The position numbers and the translations under genes are program-made. A model generated the notes under the pieces. That model had not been told where the DNA came from. It saw nothing but the letters and a program-made list of their open reading frames with translations, and ran no database searches. This document shows, piece after piece, positions 30,723-39,566 of a stretch of DNA of 64,000 bases (position 1 is the first letter of the stretch; each line of letters starts with the position of its first letter). This DNA is from an uncultured Fibrobacteria bacterium (GTDB taxonomy: Bacteria > Fibrobacterota > Fibrobacteria > UBA11236), in assembly GCA_963716395.1 (NCBI GenBank), contig OY970309.1:3104001-3168000 (forward strand). The letters run 5' to 3'.

Positions 30723-32483
30723 ATGGCTGACGCCTATTTGCACGAAGACAAGGTCGCGTCCTTCTTGGACCGCCGGCTCTGGCTGCGGATTTTCGGTTTA
30801 CTCCGGGGTAAAAAAAAGCTGGCGTTGATTTCTTTTTTTCTCCTGATCACTTCGGAAATGCTGCCCCTGTTTCAACCGCGTCTGCTCAAGGGCATGATCG
30901 ACGGACCCATTCTTCACCGGCGCGTGGGCGGCATCACGCCCTATCTACTTGGGTTCGCAGTGTTGACCTTGGTGTCGGGACTGATGGAATACGCCCGCGC
31001 CCTGGCCAGCCAGAAGTTGGGAGTCGACATCATCCATCAATTGCGGGTGCGTCTGTTCCATAAGCTGCAGGGCTTTCACATGGATTTTTTTCACCGCACG
31101 CCGGTGGGCCGCCTCATGACCCGGCTGGGCAACGACATCGACAGCCTGAACAGCATGTTCACCGAAGGCCTGATCGAATTGATCGGCGCGGTACTCCTCA
31201 TCATTTATGCCGTCGGGTTCATGGTGGTGCTCGACTGGCGCCTGGCGCTGGCGTCGCTGGCCGTGCTGCCTTTCATGGTGGTGGCCACTTCGGTTTTCCG
31301 CGTCAAGGTGCGGCAAAGCAATACGCTCATCCGCAAATATCTGGCCGAATTGAATTCCATCATGCAGGAATCACTGTCGGGGGTGCACATCGTGCGCATC
31401 TTCGGGCGCGCGCAAGATATGGAAAATCGCTTTGACCGGGTGAACCGCGACACGCGCGATGCCTGGCTCGACAACGTGCGCTACTATGCGCTCTATTTCC
31501 CCTCCATTAACAGCCTCACCGAATTTTCCCTGATGCTGCTGTACCTCTGCGGCGCCTATTACTTCTACGGGGGCAGAACTACGTTGGGAACTTTGGTCGC
31601 CTTCTCCTGGTACACGGGCATGTTCTTCCGGCCGTTGCGTGACATTTCGGATAAGGTGACGGCGCTGCAAACCGCCCTGGCCGCATCCGAACGCGTTTTC
31701 ACGCTTTATGACACCGAAGCCAGTCTGCCGGCCGGCACCTTTACCGATTTGCCCGTGCCCTTTCGCCTGCGTTTCGATCGGGTCTCCTTCGCCTACCCCG
31801 GCGGGCCCGAAGTGTTGCGCGAGGTTTCCTTCGCCATTCGCGAAGGCGAATCGGTGGCTCTGGTGGGAGCCACCGGCAGCGGCAAAAGCACCTTCATCTC
31901 CTTGTGCAGCAAGTTTTATTTGCCCACGCGCGGCCGCGTGCTGGTCGGCGATCGGCCCATTGAAGACTACACCGAAACTGCGCTGCATCAGCATCTAGCC
32001 TTGATTCCCCAGGACGTTTACCTGTTCTCCGAATCCATCGCCTTCAATGTGGCCCTGACCCCCAAGTTCGACCGCGACCGCGTCGAAGAGGTATGCCGGC
32101 ATGTGCGGGCGCATGAATTCATCGAACACCTGCCGCAAAACTATCTCACGCCACTGCGCCAACGCGGCGAAAACCTTTCCACGGGCCAGCGCCAGCTCTT
32201 GGCTTTGGCTCGGGCCCTGTATCAAAGGCCGCGGCTGCTGCTGCTCGACGAAGCTACCGCTTCGGTGGATACCGAAACCGAAAGCTTGGTGCAGGAGGCG
32301 CTGGAAAAAGTGCTGCATGAAGTCACCACTATCGTGGTCGCCCACCGCCTTTCCACCATCAAAAACGCCAATCGAATTCTCGTCATGCACAAAGGGCAAA
32401 TCCGCGAAGAGGGATCGCATCAGGATTTGCTGGCCATAGGTGGGATTTACACCAAGCTCTACCAACTCCAAAGTTTTGGATAA
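30723..32483 (+). CDS. ABC exporter half-transporter (MdlB/YheH-like)
   Basis: TMD plus GATGSGKS, LSTGQ, LLLDEAT, AHRLST. Confidence 0.93.
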   Translation: MADAYLHEDKVASFLDRRLWLRIFGLLRGKKKLALISFFLLITSEMLPLFQPRLLKGMIDGPILHRRVGGITPYLLGFAVLTLVSGLMEYARALASQKLGVDIIHQLRVRLFHKLQGFHMDFFHRTPVGRLMTRLGNDIDSLNSMFTEGLIELIGAVLLIIYAVGFMVVLDWRLALASLAVLPFMVVATSVFRVKVRQSNTLIRKYLAELNSIMQESLSGVHIVRIFGRAQDMENRFDRVNRDTRDAWLDNVRYYALYFPSINSLTEFSLMLLYLCGAYYFYGGRTTLGTLVAFSWYTGMFFRPLRDISDKVTALQTALAASERVFTLYDTEASLPAGTFTDLPVPFRLRFDRVSFAYPGGPEVLREVSFAIREGESVALVGATGSGKSTFISLCSKFYLPTRGRVLVGDRPIEDYTETALHQHLALIPQDVYLFSESIAFNVALTPKFDRDRVEEVCRHVRAHEFIEHLPQNYLTPLRQRGENLSTGQRQLLALARALYQRPRLLLLDEATASVDTETESLVQEALEKVLHEVTTIVVAHRLSTIKNANRILVMHKGQIREEGSHQDLLAIGGIYTKLYQLQSFG

Positions 32484-32520
32484 CCGGCAAAAGCCCGAAT
32501 TTTCTTATAATTATGGGGCT

Positions 32521-32610
32521 AGAGAGATGTCCGAGTGGTTTAAGGTACATGCTTGGAAAGCATGTTGGCGGTAACACGCCACGGGGGTTCGAATCCCCCT
32601 CTCTCTGCCA
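32521..32610 (+). tRNA. tRNA-Ser(GGA)
   Basis: 90 nt; anticodon arm CATGC-TT-GGA-AA-GCATG; long variable arm; ends GCCA. Confidence 0.96.
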
Positions 32611-32651
32611 GAAGCCACAGGTCTGAAGGCGCTTAAAAAAAGGAAGTTCCC

Positions 32652-32885
32652 GTGTCGAAAAATCAACATCTCTCTTTGGAAGATTGCTACGCCAAAGGCG
32701 TGTCACCCTGCCGCGCCGTGATCATGAGCGCGCAGGAAGCGCGCTTCATCAACGAGCAGGCCAACCTCGGCTTCATCAAGCTGTCGGAAAAGCCCAGTAC
32801 CATCGCCATTCAAAAATTCAAAAATGACCGCTTGTCGGCCGTGATAGAAGACCCCGAAGCCGCAACGCCCGCCGAAGCCGCTTAA
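32652..32885 (+). CDS. rpoZ: RNA polymerase omega subunit
   Basis: 77 aa, AVIMSAQEARFIN...KPSTIAI pattern; conserved position upstream of coaBC. Confidence 0.72.
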   Translation: MSKNQHLSLEDCYAKGVSPCRAVIMSAQEARFINEQANLGFIKLSEKPSTIAIQKFKNDRLSAVIEDPEAATPAEAA

Positions 32886-33021
32886 TCGTTTCTTCCGCCC
32901 AGTCGGCTGGGCGCAACGTTTTTAAAAAAAGCCATGTCGGCGAGGTCTCCACTTTGCAGGCAGACTGGCTACTTTGCTTAGGCGGAAAATTTGCGGTGCA
33001 CGGAAAATTGGGGACCCTTCC

Positions 33022-34251
33022 ATGGCCTTGAAAGACCAGCACATTTTACTGGGTGTCACCGGAAGCATTTCGGCGTATAAAACCTGCGATTTAATCCAGC
33101 GCCTGAAAGAAAAAGGCGCCGAGGTCAGGGTGGCCCTGACCCCGGCTGCATGCCGGCTGGTGCAACCCGCCACCTTCGCGGCCTTGACCAATGCTCCGGT
33201 TTTTCAAGATGTCTGGTCGGCCGCGAGCCCCATGCCGCATATCGAGTACGCGCGCTGGGCCGACGCTTTCGTCATCGCGCCTTGCACGGCCCATACCTTG
33301 GCAGAATTGTCTTTGGGTTTGACGGGATCGCCGATTTCGCTCACGGCCTTGGCTTATCGCGGTCCCATGCTGATCGCGCCGGCTATGAATTCCGTCATGC
33401 TCGCCTCGGCTCCGGTACAGGAACATTGCCAGCGTCTGGCGCGACAGGGCATTCGGATTCTGCCCACGGGCAGCGGTGTTCTAGCCTGTGGCGAGGAAGG
33501 CGATGGAAAGCTTCTAAGCCCAGAGGAAATAGTCTCTTATATAGATTTGAATTTTGCCTTTAGCCATGAAGTTCCCGTGTTGGCCGGCGCGCAGGTTTTG
33601 ATCGCCGGTGGTCATACCGAAGAGCCTTTGGACGACGTGCGCTTTCTCTCCAATCGCAGCAGCGGCAAAACCGCGACCGCTTTGGCCCGCGCCTTTCAAT
33701 TGGCTGGAGCCACTGTGCATCTCGTTTTCGGCCGAGCCGAAGAGCCGGCGCCGGCGGGCATGCAGGTAACGCGGGTGAAAACCAGCGAGGAATTTCGCCA
33801 GATCATGCGCGCGCAGCAGCCTCACCACGATGTGGTGATTATGGCGGCGGCCATCGCCGATTTCATTCCTTCGCGGTTTTCGTCTGGAAAATGGAAAGAT
33901 TCCAAGTCATTGAAAAAAATAGAGTTGAATCCAGCGGCGAATGTTCTGCAAGAGTTGGGGGAAAACAAAATCAAAGATCAAATCCTCGTGGGCTTCGCCT
34001 TGGAAACCGAAGCACCCATCGCCCAGGCCTGGGAAAAACTCTTGGCCCGGCGTTGCGATTTCATGGTGGCGAACAATCCGCTGGCCCGAGCCGGAATTGG
34101 GTTCGGTGAAGATGAGGTCGAAGCCTTTATTCTGCCTGCCTCCCCCGCTCCGCGCGGATCGGAACAATTGTCCCTGATGGAAAAAAACCGGCTGGCCGCG
34201 GATTTGGTACAGGCTGTGGCCGCGAAAATCAAAATCCGTCCTTCGCGTTGA
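33022..34251 (+). CDS. coaBC: Phosphopantothenoylcysteine decarboxylase/ligase
   Basis: GVTGSISAYK, APAMN, LACGEEG, VRFLSNRSSG, VGFALET. Confidence 0.96.
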   Translation: MALKDQHILLGVTGSISAYKTCDLIQRLKEKGAEVRVALTPAACRLVQPATFAALTNAPVFQDVWSAASPMPHIEYARWADAFVIAPCTAHTLAELSLGLTGSPISLTALAYRGPMLIAPAMNSVMLASAPVQEHCQRLARQGIRILPTGSGVLACGEEGDGKLLSPEEIVSYIDLNFAFSHEVPVLAGAQVLIAGGHTEEPLDDVRFLSNRSSGKTATALARAFQLAGATVHLVFGRAEEPAPAGMQVTRVKTSEEFRQIMRAQQPHHDVVIMAAAIADFIPSRFSSGKWKDSKSLKKIELNPAANVLQELGENKIKDQILVGFALETEAPIAQAWEKLLARRCDFMVANNPLARAGIGFGEDEVEAFILPASPAPRGSEQLSLMEKNRLAADLVQAVAAKIKIRPSR

Positions 34252-34252
34252 G

Positions 34253-35047
34253 ATGCAGACGCGCGCGGCCTATCTGGCTTTTCAATCCGACATCGGCACC
34301 GACGAGGTCGTGCTGCCGCAAGCTTGGCGGCCCAAATCCACCCGGATTCCGGACCCACCGCCCGCCGAAGCCAGCCGGGCCTCGGATAGCAAAGATTTTT
34401 TTCAGACCATAGCGCAGGTGTTGACCCAACCGACCCGCCGCGAGGCGCCGGTCTCACGACCCGTGATGGCTCCTGTCGGGGGAGGCATTCCCGACTTCGC
34501 CAACCTCGAAGAATATGGGGCCTATGTGCGGCAGGAGTATCCGCGTTGGTTTTCCCTTCCTGCTGATACCCTCTTGGCGCCGGCGTTGGGTCTGCCCCGC
34601 TCGGCTTTGGCCGTGGTCGAATTGGCTCCCGAAACTTCCGGCGTGTCGTCGGTGTTCTCCGGCGCGCCCGGCGACCTGCTGGATAAAATGCTGAAGGCCA
34701 TCGGTCTGGAGCGCAATTCGCTGTATTTGACCGCGGTGATGAAAACTCCGGGTCCAGGCCGCGGTTGGCCGCGCAAAGACGTCGCACGCATGCTTCCCCT
34801 GATGATCCGCGAACTGAAATTGGCGGCCTGCCCGTGGGTGCTTTTGCTGGGCGAAGCCTGCGCCCAGGCCGTGCTGCGCACCGGGTCGAAACTGGAAGAC
34901 CTGCGGCAAAGACCCTTCGAAGCCGAAGGCCTGGTGTTCGCGGTTTCGCGGCATCCCGCGGATTTGCAGCGGGACGAAACGTTGAAACGCCCGGCCTGGG
35001 AAGACTTGAAATGGCTGCGCGGGCGGCTGGACGCGGGAAAGGCTTGA
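34253..35047 (+). CDS. Uracil-DNA glycosylase family-4-like protein (degenerate)
   Basis: GDLLDKMLKAIGL, LYLTAVMK, LLLGE, HP..L, AWEDL; located between coaBC and dnaB. Confidence 0.75.
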   Translation: MQTRAAYLAFQSDIGTDEVVLPQAWRPKSTRIPDPPPAEASRASDSKDFFQTIAQVLTQPTRREAPVSRPVMAPVGGGIPDFANLEEYGAYVRQEYPRWFSLPADTLLAPALGLPRSALAVVELAPETSGVSSVFSGAPGDLLDKMLKAIGLERNSLYLTAVMKTPGPGRGWPRKDVARMLPLMIRELKLAACPWVLLLGEACAQAVLRTGSKLEDLRQRPFEAEGLVFAVSRHPADLQRDETLKRPAWEDLKWLRGRLDAGKA

Positions 35048-35048
35048 G

Positions 35049-36398
35049 ATGGCGTCCGAAACATCGGCGTTACGTGTGCCGCCGCAGGCCCTCGACGTGG
35101 AAAAACACGTGATCGGCGCCATGCTGCTCGACTCCCAGGCCGTGAGCATGGCCCTGGAAAGCCTCAGCGCCGACGATTTTTACCTCGACCGGAACCAGTA
35201 CATCTTCGCCGCCATCGCCGGATTGTTCGAAAAGAACATGCCGGCCGATCTCATCACCACGGCCGAGGCCTTGCGGAAAAACCAATTCCTGGAAAAAGCC
35301 GGCGGCGAAGCCGCCTTGATGGAGATTTCCGCCGAGGTGGTATCTTCGGCTAACGTCGCGGATTATTGCCGCATCGTCAAGGAAAAATCCATGCTGCGGC
35401 GGCTGATCGGTTCGGCCACCAAAATTCTCGAGCGCGCCTATGACGGCGGCCAGGAACCCGGCACCATCATGGATCAGGCTGAAAGCGATATCTTCGCCAT
35501 CAGCGCTTCCAATATCCGCGAAGGCTTCCTGCCCATCAAGCGTATTCTCGGCGACACCTTCAAACTCATCGAGAGCTATTCCAAAGGCGAGATCATCGGC
35601 GTGCCGTCGGGCTTCAAAGACCTCGACGGCCTGACCTCGGGCTTTCAGAAAACCGATCTCATCATTCTGGCCGGCCGCCCCGGAATGGGCAAAACCGCTT
35701 TGGCCCTCAGCATTCTCGCCAACGCGGCCATCGATCATCGCCGCACGGCGGCCTTCTTTTCTCTGGAAATGGGGCGCGAGCAATTGGTGCAGCGCGTCTT
35801 GTGCCGCCAAGCCCAGGTCAACATGCACCTTTTGCGCACGGCCAAATTGCCGTCGCGCGATTATCCCAAGCTTTCCATCGCCGTGGGACCCATCAGCGAA
35901 GCCAAAATTTTCATCGACGACCATCCGTCGCTGAACATTCTGGAACTGCGGGCCAAATGCCGGCGGCTCAAGTCGCAGCAGGGGCTCGATGTGGTCCTGG
36001 TCGATTACTTGCAACTGATGCAAGGCGTGGGCCGCCAGGAAAACCGGCAGCAGGAGATTTCGCAAATCTCGCGCGGGCTCAAGGCCCTGGCCAAGGAATT
36101 GGATATTCCCGTCATCGCCCTGTCCCAGCTCAGCCGCGCCGTGGAGCAACGCGGCGGCGAAGGCGAACCCAAGCTGTCTGACCTGCGCGAGTCGGGCGCC
36201 ATTGAACAGGATGCCGATCTGGTGATGTTTATCTACCGCGACGAGATTTATAATAAAGAGGCGGAAAAAGGCAAAGCCAAAATCATCTTAGCCAAACAGC
36301 GCAACGGACCCACCGGCGAAGTTCCCGTCACCTTCATCTCCGAATATGCTTCCTTCGTCAATTATTCTCCCCGTGTCCCCGAGATGGCGGGCTTTTAG
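35049..36398 (+). CDS. dnaB: Replicative DNA helicase
   Basis: AGRPGMGKT, FSLEM, VDYLQL, SQLSR, LRESGAIEQDAD, KQRNGP; no intein. Confidence 0.98.
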   Translation: MASETSALRVPPQALDVEKHVIGAMLLDSQAVSMALESLSADDFYLDRNQYIFAAIAGLFEKNMPADLITTAEALRKNQFLEKAGGEAALMEISAEVVSSANVADYCRIVKEKSMLRRLIGSATKILERAYDGGQEPGTIMDQAESDIFAISASNIREGFLPIKRILGDTFKLIESYSKGEIIGVPSGFKDLDGLTSGFQKTDLIILAGRPGMGKTALALSILANAAIDHRRTAAFFSLEMGREQLVQRVLCRQAQVNMHLLRTAKLPSRDYPKLSIAVGPISEAKIFIDDHPSLNILELRAKCRRLKSQQGLDVVLVDYLQLMQGVGRQENRQQEISQISRGLKALAKELDIPVIALSQLSRAVEQRGGEGEPKLSDLRESGAIEQDADLVMFIYRDEIYNKEAEKGKAKIILAKQRNGPTGEVPVTFISEYASFVNYSPRVPEMAGF

Positions 36399-36420
36399 AG
36401 CCGGGCGCGGGGCGACGTAA

Positions 36421-37242
36421 ATGACGATCGCCGGCTGGTGCGCGGATTTTCTCGAGGCCCTGGGTATCCAATCCCTCCGGGCGCTGCACAAGCTGTGGGC
36501 ACTGGTTTTGGCGCCCGCGGAACGCACCGGCGAAATCGTCGGCCTGCAATGGCAATTGCTGCGGCGTCTGCCCCTGGCGGCCAAGAATCCCGGCCTGCTC
36601 GTGCAGCAAACCCTGCGCATGGGAATTTCCTCGCTGCCGCTGGTGCTGGTCATCTCGGTGTTCATCGGCGCGGTTACGGCCGTGCAGGCGCATTACCAGT
36701 TTCGCGGTTTCGTGCCCGACACCTATCTGGGCACGGCCGTGTGCAAATTCGTCATCATCGAATCGGGCCCGGTGCTCACGGCTTTGGTGCTGGCGGGTCG
36801 CATCGGATCGGCCATCGCCGCCGAAGTCGGCACCATGAAGGAAAAAGAAGAACTCGACGCCATGGCCGTGCTCGATCTCGATCCCTTGCGCTATCTCGCC
36901 TTGCCCCGCCTGCTGGGCGGATTGCTTTCCTTTCCCCTGCTGGTGATCATTTCCGATTGTCTGGCCCTGCTGGGCGGTTGGGCCGTGGCCTACGGCACTT
37001 TGGGCATCACCTCGGCCACCTATCTGCACGGCCTGCGTTTTCTCTTCAGCACCTACGACGTGTGGGTGGGCTTCGTCAAATCTTTGTGCTTCGGCGGCGT
37101 GGTGGCCTTCATGGGCTTTTATCACGGCTTGCGCGCCGAAGCCGGCGCCAAAGGCGTGGGCCAGGCGGCCATGCGCTCGGTGGTGTCGAGCTGCGTGTGG
37201 ATTCTGGTCCTGGACTTCGTCATCGTCTTCGTGGTGTACTGA
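36421..37242 (+). CDS. mlaE: MlaE-family ABC permease
   Basis: ESGPVLTALVLAGRIGSAIAAEVGTMK, GAKGVGQA. Confidence 0.92.
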   Translation: MTIAGWCADFLEALGIQSLRALHKLWALVLAPAERTGEIVGLQWQLLRRLPLAAKNPGLLVQQTLRMGISSLPLVLVISVFIGAVTAVQAHYQFRGFVPDTYLGTAVCKFVIIESGPVLTALVLAGRIGSAIAAEVGTMKEKEELDAMAVLDLDPLRYLALPRLLGGLLSFPLLVIISDCLALLGGWAVAYGTLGITSATYLHGLRFLFSTYDVWVGFVKSLCFGGVVAFMGFYHGLRAEAGAKGVGQAAMRSVVSSCVWILVLDFVIVFVVY

Positions 37243-38007
37243 ATGACCGCCCCGCTGATCGAATTGCACGGTCTGGAAAAATCCTTCGCGGGCCAGCGCG
37301 TGCTGCGGGGCGTCGACCTCTCCGTGCGCCAGGGCGAAACCATGGTCATCATCGGCTCTTCGGGCGGCGGCAAATCGGTGATTCTCAAGCATTGCATCGG
37401 CCTGTTGCAACCCGACGCCGGCGAGGTGATCGTCGACGGACAAATCATCAGCCGCAAGGATTTCATCGACGTCAAGACCATCCGCCGGCGTATGGGCATG
37501 CTGTTCCAGGGCGCGGCGCTGTTCGACTCGATGAACGTGGGCGAAAACATCAAGTTCGCCGTGCGCGAGCACAATCGGCAATTGCGCGAAGCTGATCTCG
37601 ACGCCATGGTCGAAGAGAAGTTGCGCCTCATCAATCTTTCGCCCGACATCCGCTCCAAGATGCCCAGCGAACTTTCGGGCGGCATGAAGAAGCGATTGGG
37701 GCTGGCGCGCGTGATCGCCATGAATCCCGAAATCCTGCTCTACGACGAGCCCACCACCGGGCTCGACCCCATCACCTCTGACGTGATCAACGATTTGATC
37801 CTCGACATGCAGCAAAAATTGGGCGTCACCAGCCTGGTGGTGACGCATGACATGGTATCGGCCTACAAGGTGGCCAACCGTATCGCCATGTTATATGAAG
37901 GCCACATCATTTTCGTGGGCACGCCCGACGAAATCCGCGCCACCTCCAACCCGTATGTGCAGCAATTCATACGCGGCCAACGCAAATTGCTGGGGTCGCT
38001 GGAGTAA
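37243..38007 (+). CDS. mlaF: MlaF/Mkl-family ABC ATPase
   Basis: GSSGGGKS, FQGAALFDS, ELSGGMKKR, YDEPTTGLDP. Confidence 0.92.
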   Translation: MTAPLIELHGLEKSFAGQRVLRGVDLSVRQGETMVIIGSSGGGKSVILKHCIGLLQPDAGEVIVDGQIISRKDFIDVKTIRRRMGMLFQGAALFDSMNVGENIKFAVREHNRQLREADLDAMVEEKLRLINLSPDIRSKMPSELSGGMKKRLGLARVIAMNPEILLYDEPTTGLDPITSDVINDLILDMQQKLGVTSLVVTHDMVSAYKVANRIAMLYEGHIIFVGTPDEIRATSNPYVQQFIRGQRKLLGSLE

Positions 38008-38016
38008 AATGCAGCG

Positions 38017-38076
38017 ATGAGCTTGCAGTTTTCCTGGGACACCGATAAGGCCGTTCTGAACCAAAAAAAACATGGA
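38017..38076 (+). pseudogene. BrnT-family toxin N-terminal remnant
   Basis: MSLQFSWDTDKAVLNQKKHG matches the BrnT start (F.WD..K...N..KHG); similarity ends immediately afterwards. Confidence 0.65.
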
Positions 38077-38150
38077 GGCGGGTCTGTCCCGTCGCTGGCG
38101 GGCGGTTTCACCTCAGCCCTCCTCGAATCCATCCTGGCTACCTTTAGCGC

Positions 38151-39548
38151 ATGCCCAAAGCTACGGCGCTTTTCGCCTGCCGCGAATGCGGCGATACCTT
38201 TTCGAAATGGAGCGGGCGCTGCCCTTCCTGCGGAACCTGGGACGCGGTGGTGGAAATGTCCGCCGCCGACGTGCGCGCGCACAGCGGCGGCGAAAGCCGA
38301 TCCCCCGCGGCGGCGACGGCGGCCGCCAATCCGCCCCGGTCCCTCAAAAGCGTGGAGGAGCGCGAAGGCCACGAGCGCCTCTCCACCGGCATCGGCGAAT
38401 TGGATCGGGTGCTGGGCGGCGGCATTGTACCCGGATCCTTGGTGCTGATCGGCGGCGACCCCGGCATCGGCAAATCGACCTTGATGCTGCAGATGGCGGC
38501 CCTGTTGGCCGCGGCCGACGTGCCCACCTTGTATGCCACGGGCGAAGAAAGTCTGACCCAACTCAAATTGCGGTCGCGGCGTTTGCAGGTTCCGGGCGCG
38601 GCGCTGCAGGTGCTGGCCGAGACCGCGCTCGACAACGTGCTGGAGCATGCCACGGGTGTGGCCGCCCAGGTTCTCGTCATCGATTCGATTCAAACCATGC
38701 AGCGCGCCGATCGCGCGGGCTCGCCGGGTTCGCCGGGGCAATTGCGCGAATGCACGCTCGCCCTTCTGTCCTTCGCCAAAGCGCACAACTGCGCCGTGTT
38801 TCTGGTGGGCCATGTCACCAAAGAAGGCGTACTGGCCGGGCCGCGCATGTTGGAACACATGGTCGACACCGTGATTTACTTCGAAGGCGACCGCCACCTC
38901 TCCTACCGCATCCTGCGCGCGGTGAAAAACCGCTTCGGCGCCACCTCCGAAATCGGCGTCTTCGAAATGGCCGCCGAAGGCCTGCGGCCCGTCGCCAATC
39001 CTTCCCAGCCCTTTCTGGCTTCGCACGGCGAACGCGATCCGGGTTCGATGATCGCCTGCGTCTGGGAAGGCACGCGCCCCATTCTCGTCGAAGTGCAGGC
39101 CCTGGTGTCGCGCACCCATTACGCCGCGCCGCAACGCGTGGGCATGGGCCTCGATGCGAAACGCCTATCCGTGCTGTTGGCCTTGCTGGAAAAATTCGCC
39201 GGCATCGAAATCGGCATGCAAGACGTGTTCGTCAATGTGGCGGGCGGCATGCGCGTCGAAGAACCCGCCGCGGATTTGGCCTTGGCCGCGGCCATCGCCG
39301 GCAACCATTTGGGACGGCGCAGCACGCCCGCGACCTTGGCCCTGGGCGAACTGGGCTTGAACGGCGAATTGCGCCGCGTGCCGCAATTGGAAGCGCGTTT
39401 GCGCGAGGCCGCCCGGCTGGGTTTTCGCGCGGCGGTGGTTCCGACCCTGGTTCCCAGCGAAGAGTCGGGCCGGGTGCGGGTCAAGGGCATGGAATTACAT
39501 CCGGTGCGCAAGCTTTCCGAAGCCCTGCCTTTATTGTATTCCGGATGA
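38151..39548 (+). CDS. radA: DNA repair protein RadA/Sms
   Basis: C4 zinc finger, GDPGIGKST, IDSIQ, KNRFG. Confidence 0.97.
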   Translation: MPKATALFACRECGDTFSKWSGRCPSCGTWDAVVEMSAADVRAHSGGESRSPAAATAAANPPRSLKSVEEREGHERLSTGIGELDRVLGGGIVPGSLVLIGGDPGIGKSTLMLQMAALLAAADVPTLYATGEESLTQLKLRSRRLQVPGAALQVLAETALDNVLEHATGVAAQVLVIDSIQTMQRADRAGSPGSPGQLRECTLALLSFAKAHNCAVFLVGHVTKEGVLAGPRMLEHMVDTVIYFEGDRHLSYRILRAVKNRFGATSEIGVFEMAAEGLRPVANPSQPFLASHGERDPGSMIACVWEGTRPILVEVQALVSRTHYAAPQRVGMGLDAKRLSVLLALLEKFAGIEIGMQDVFVNVAGGMRVEEPAADLALAAAIAGNHLGRRSTPATLALGELGLNGELRRVPQLEARLREAARLGFRAAVVPTLVPSEESGRVRVKGMELHPVRKLSEALPLLYSG

Positions 39549-39566
39549 GCCTCGGTTTGCGGCGGT

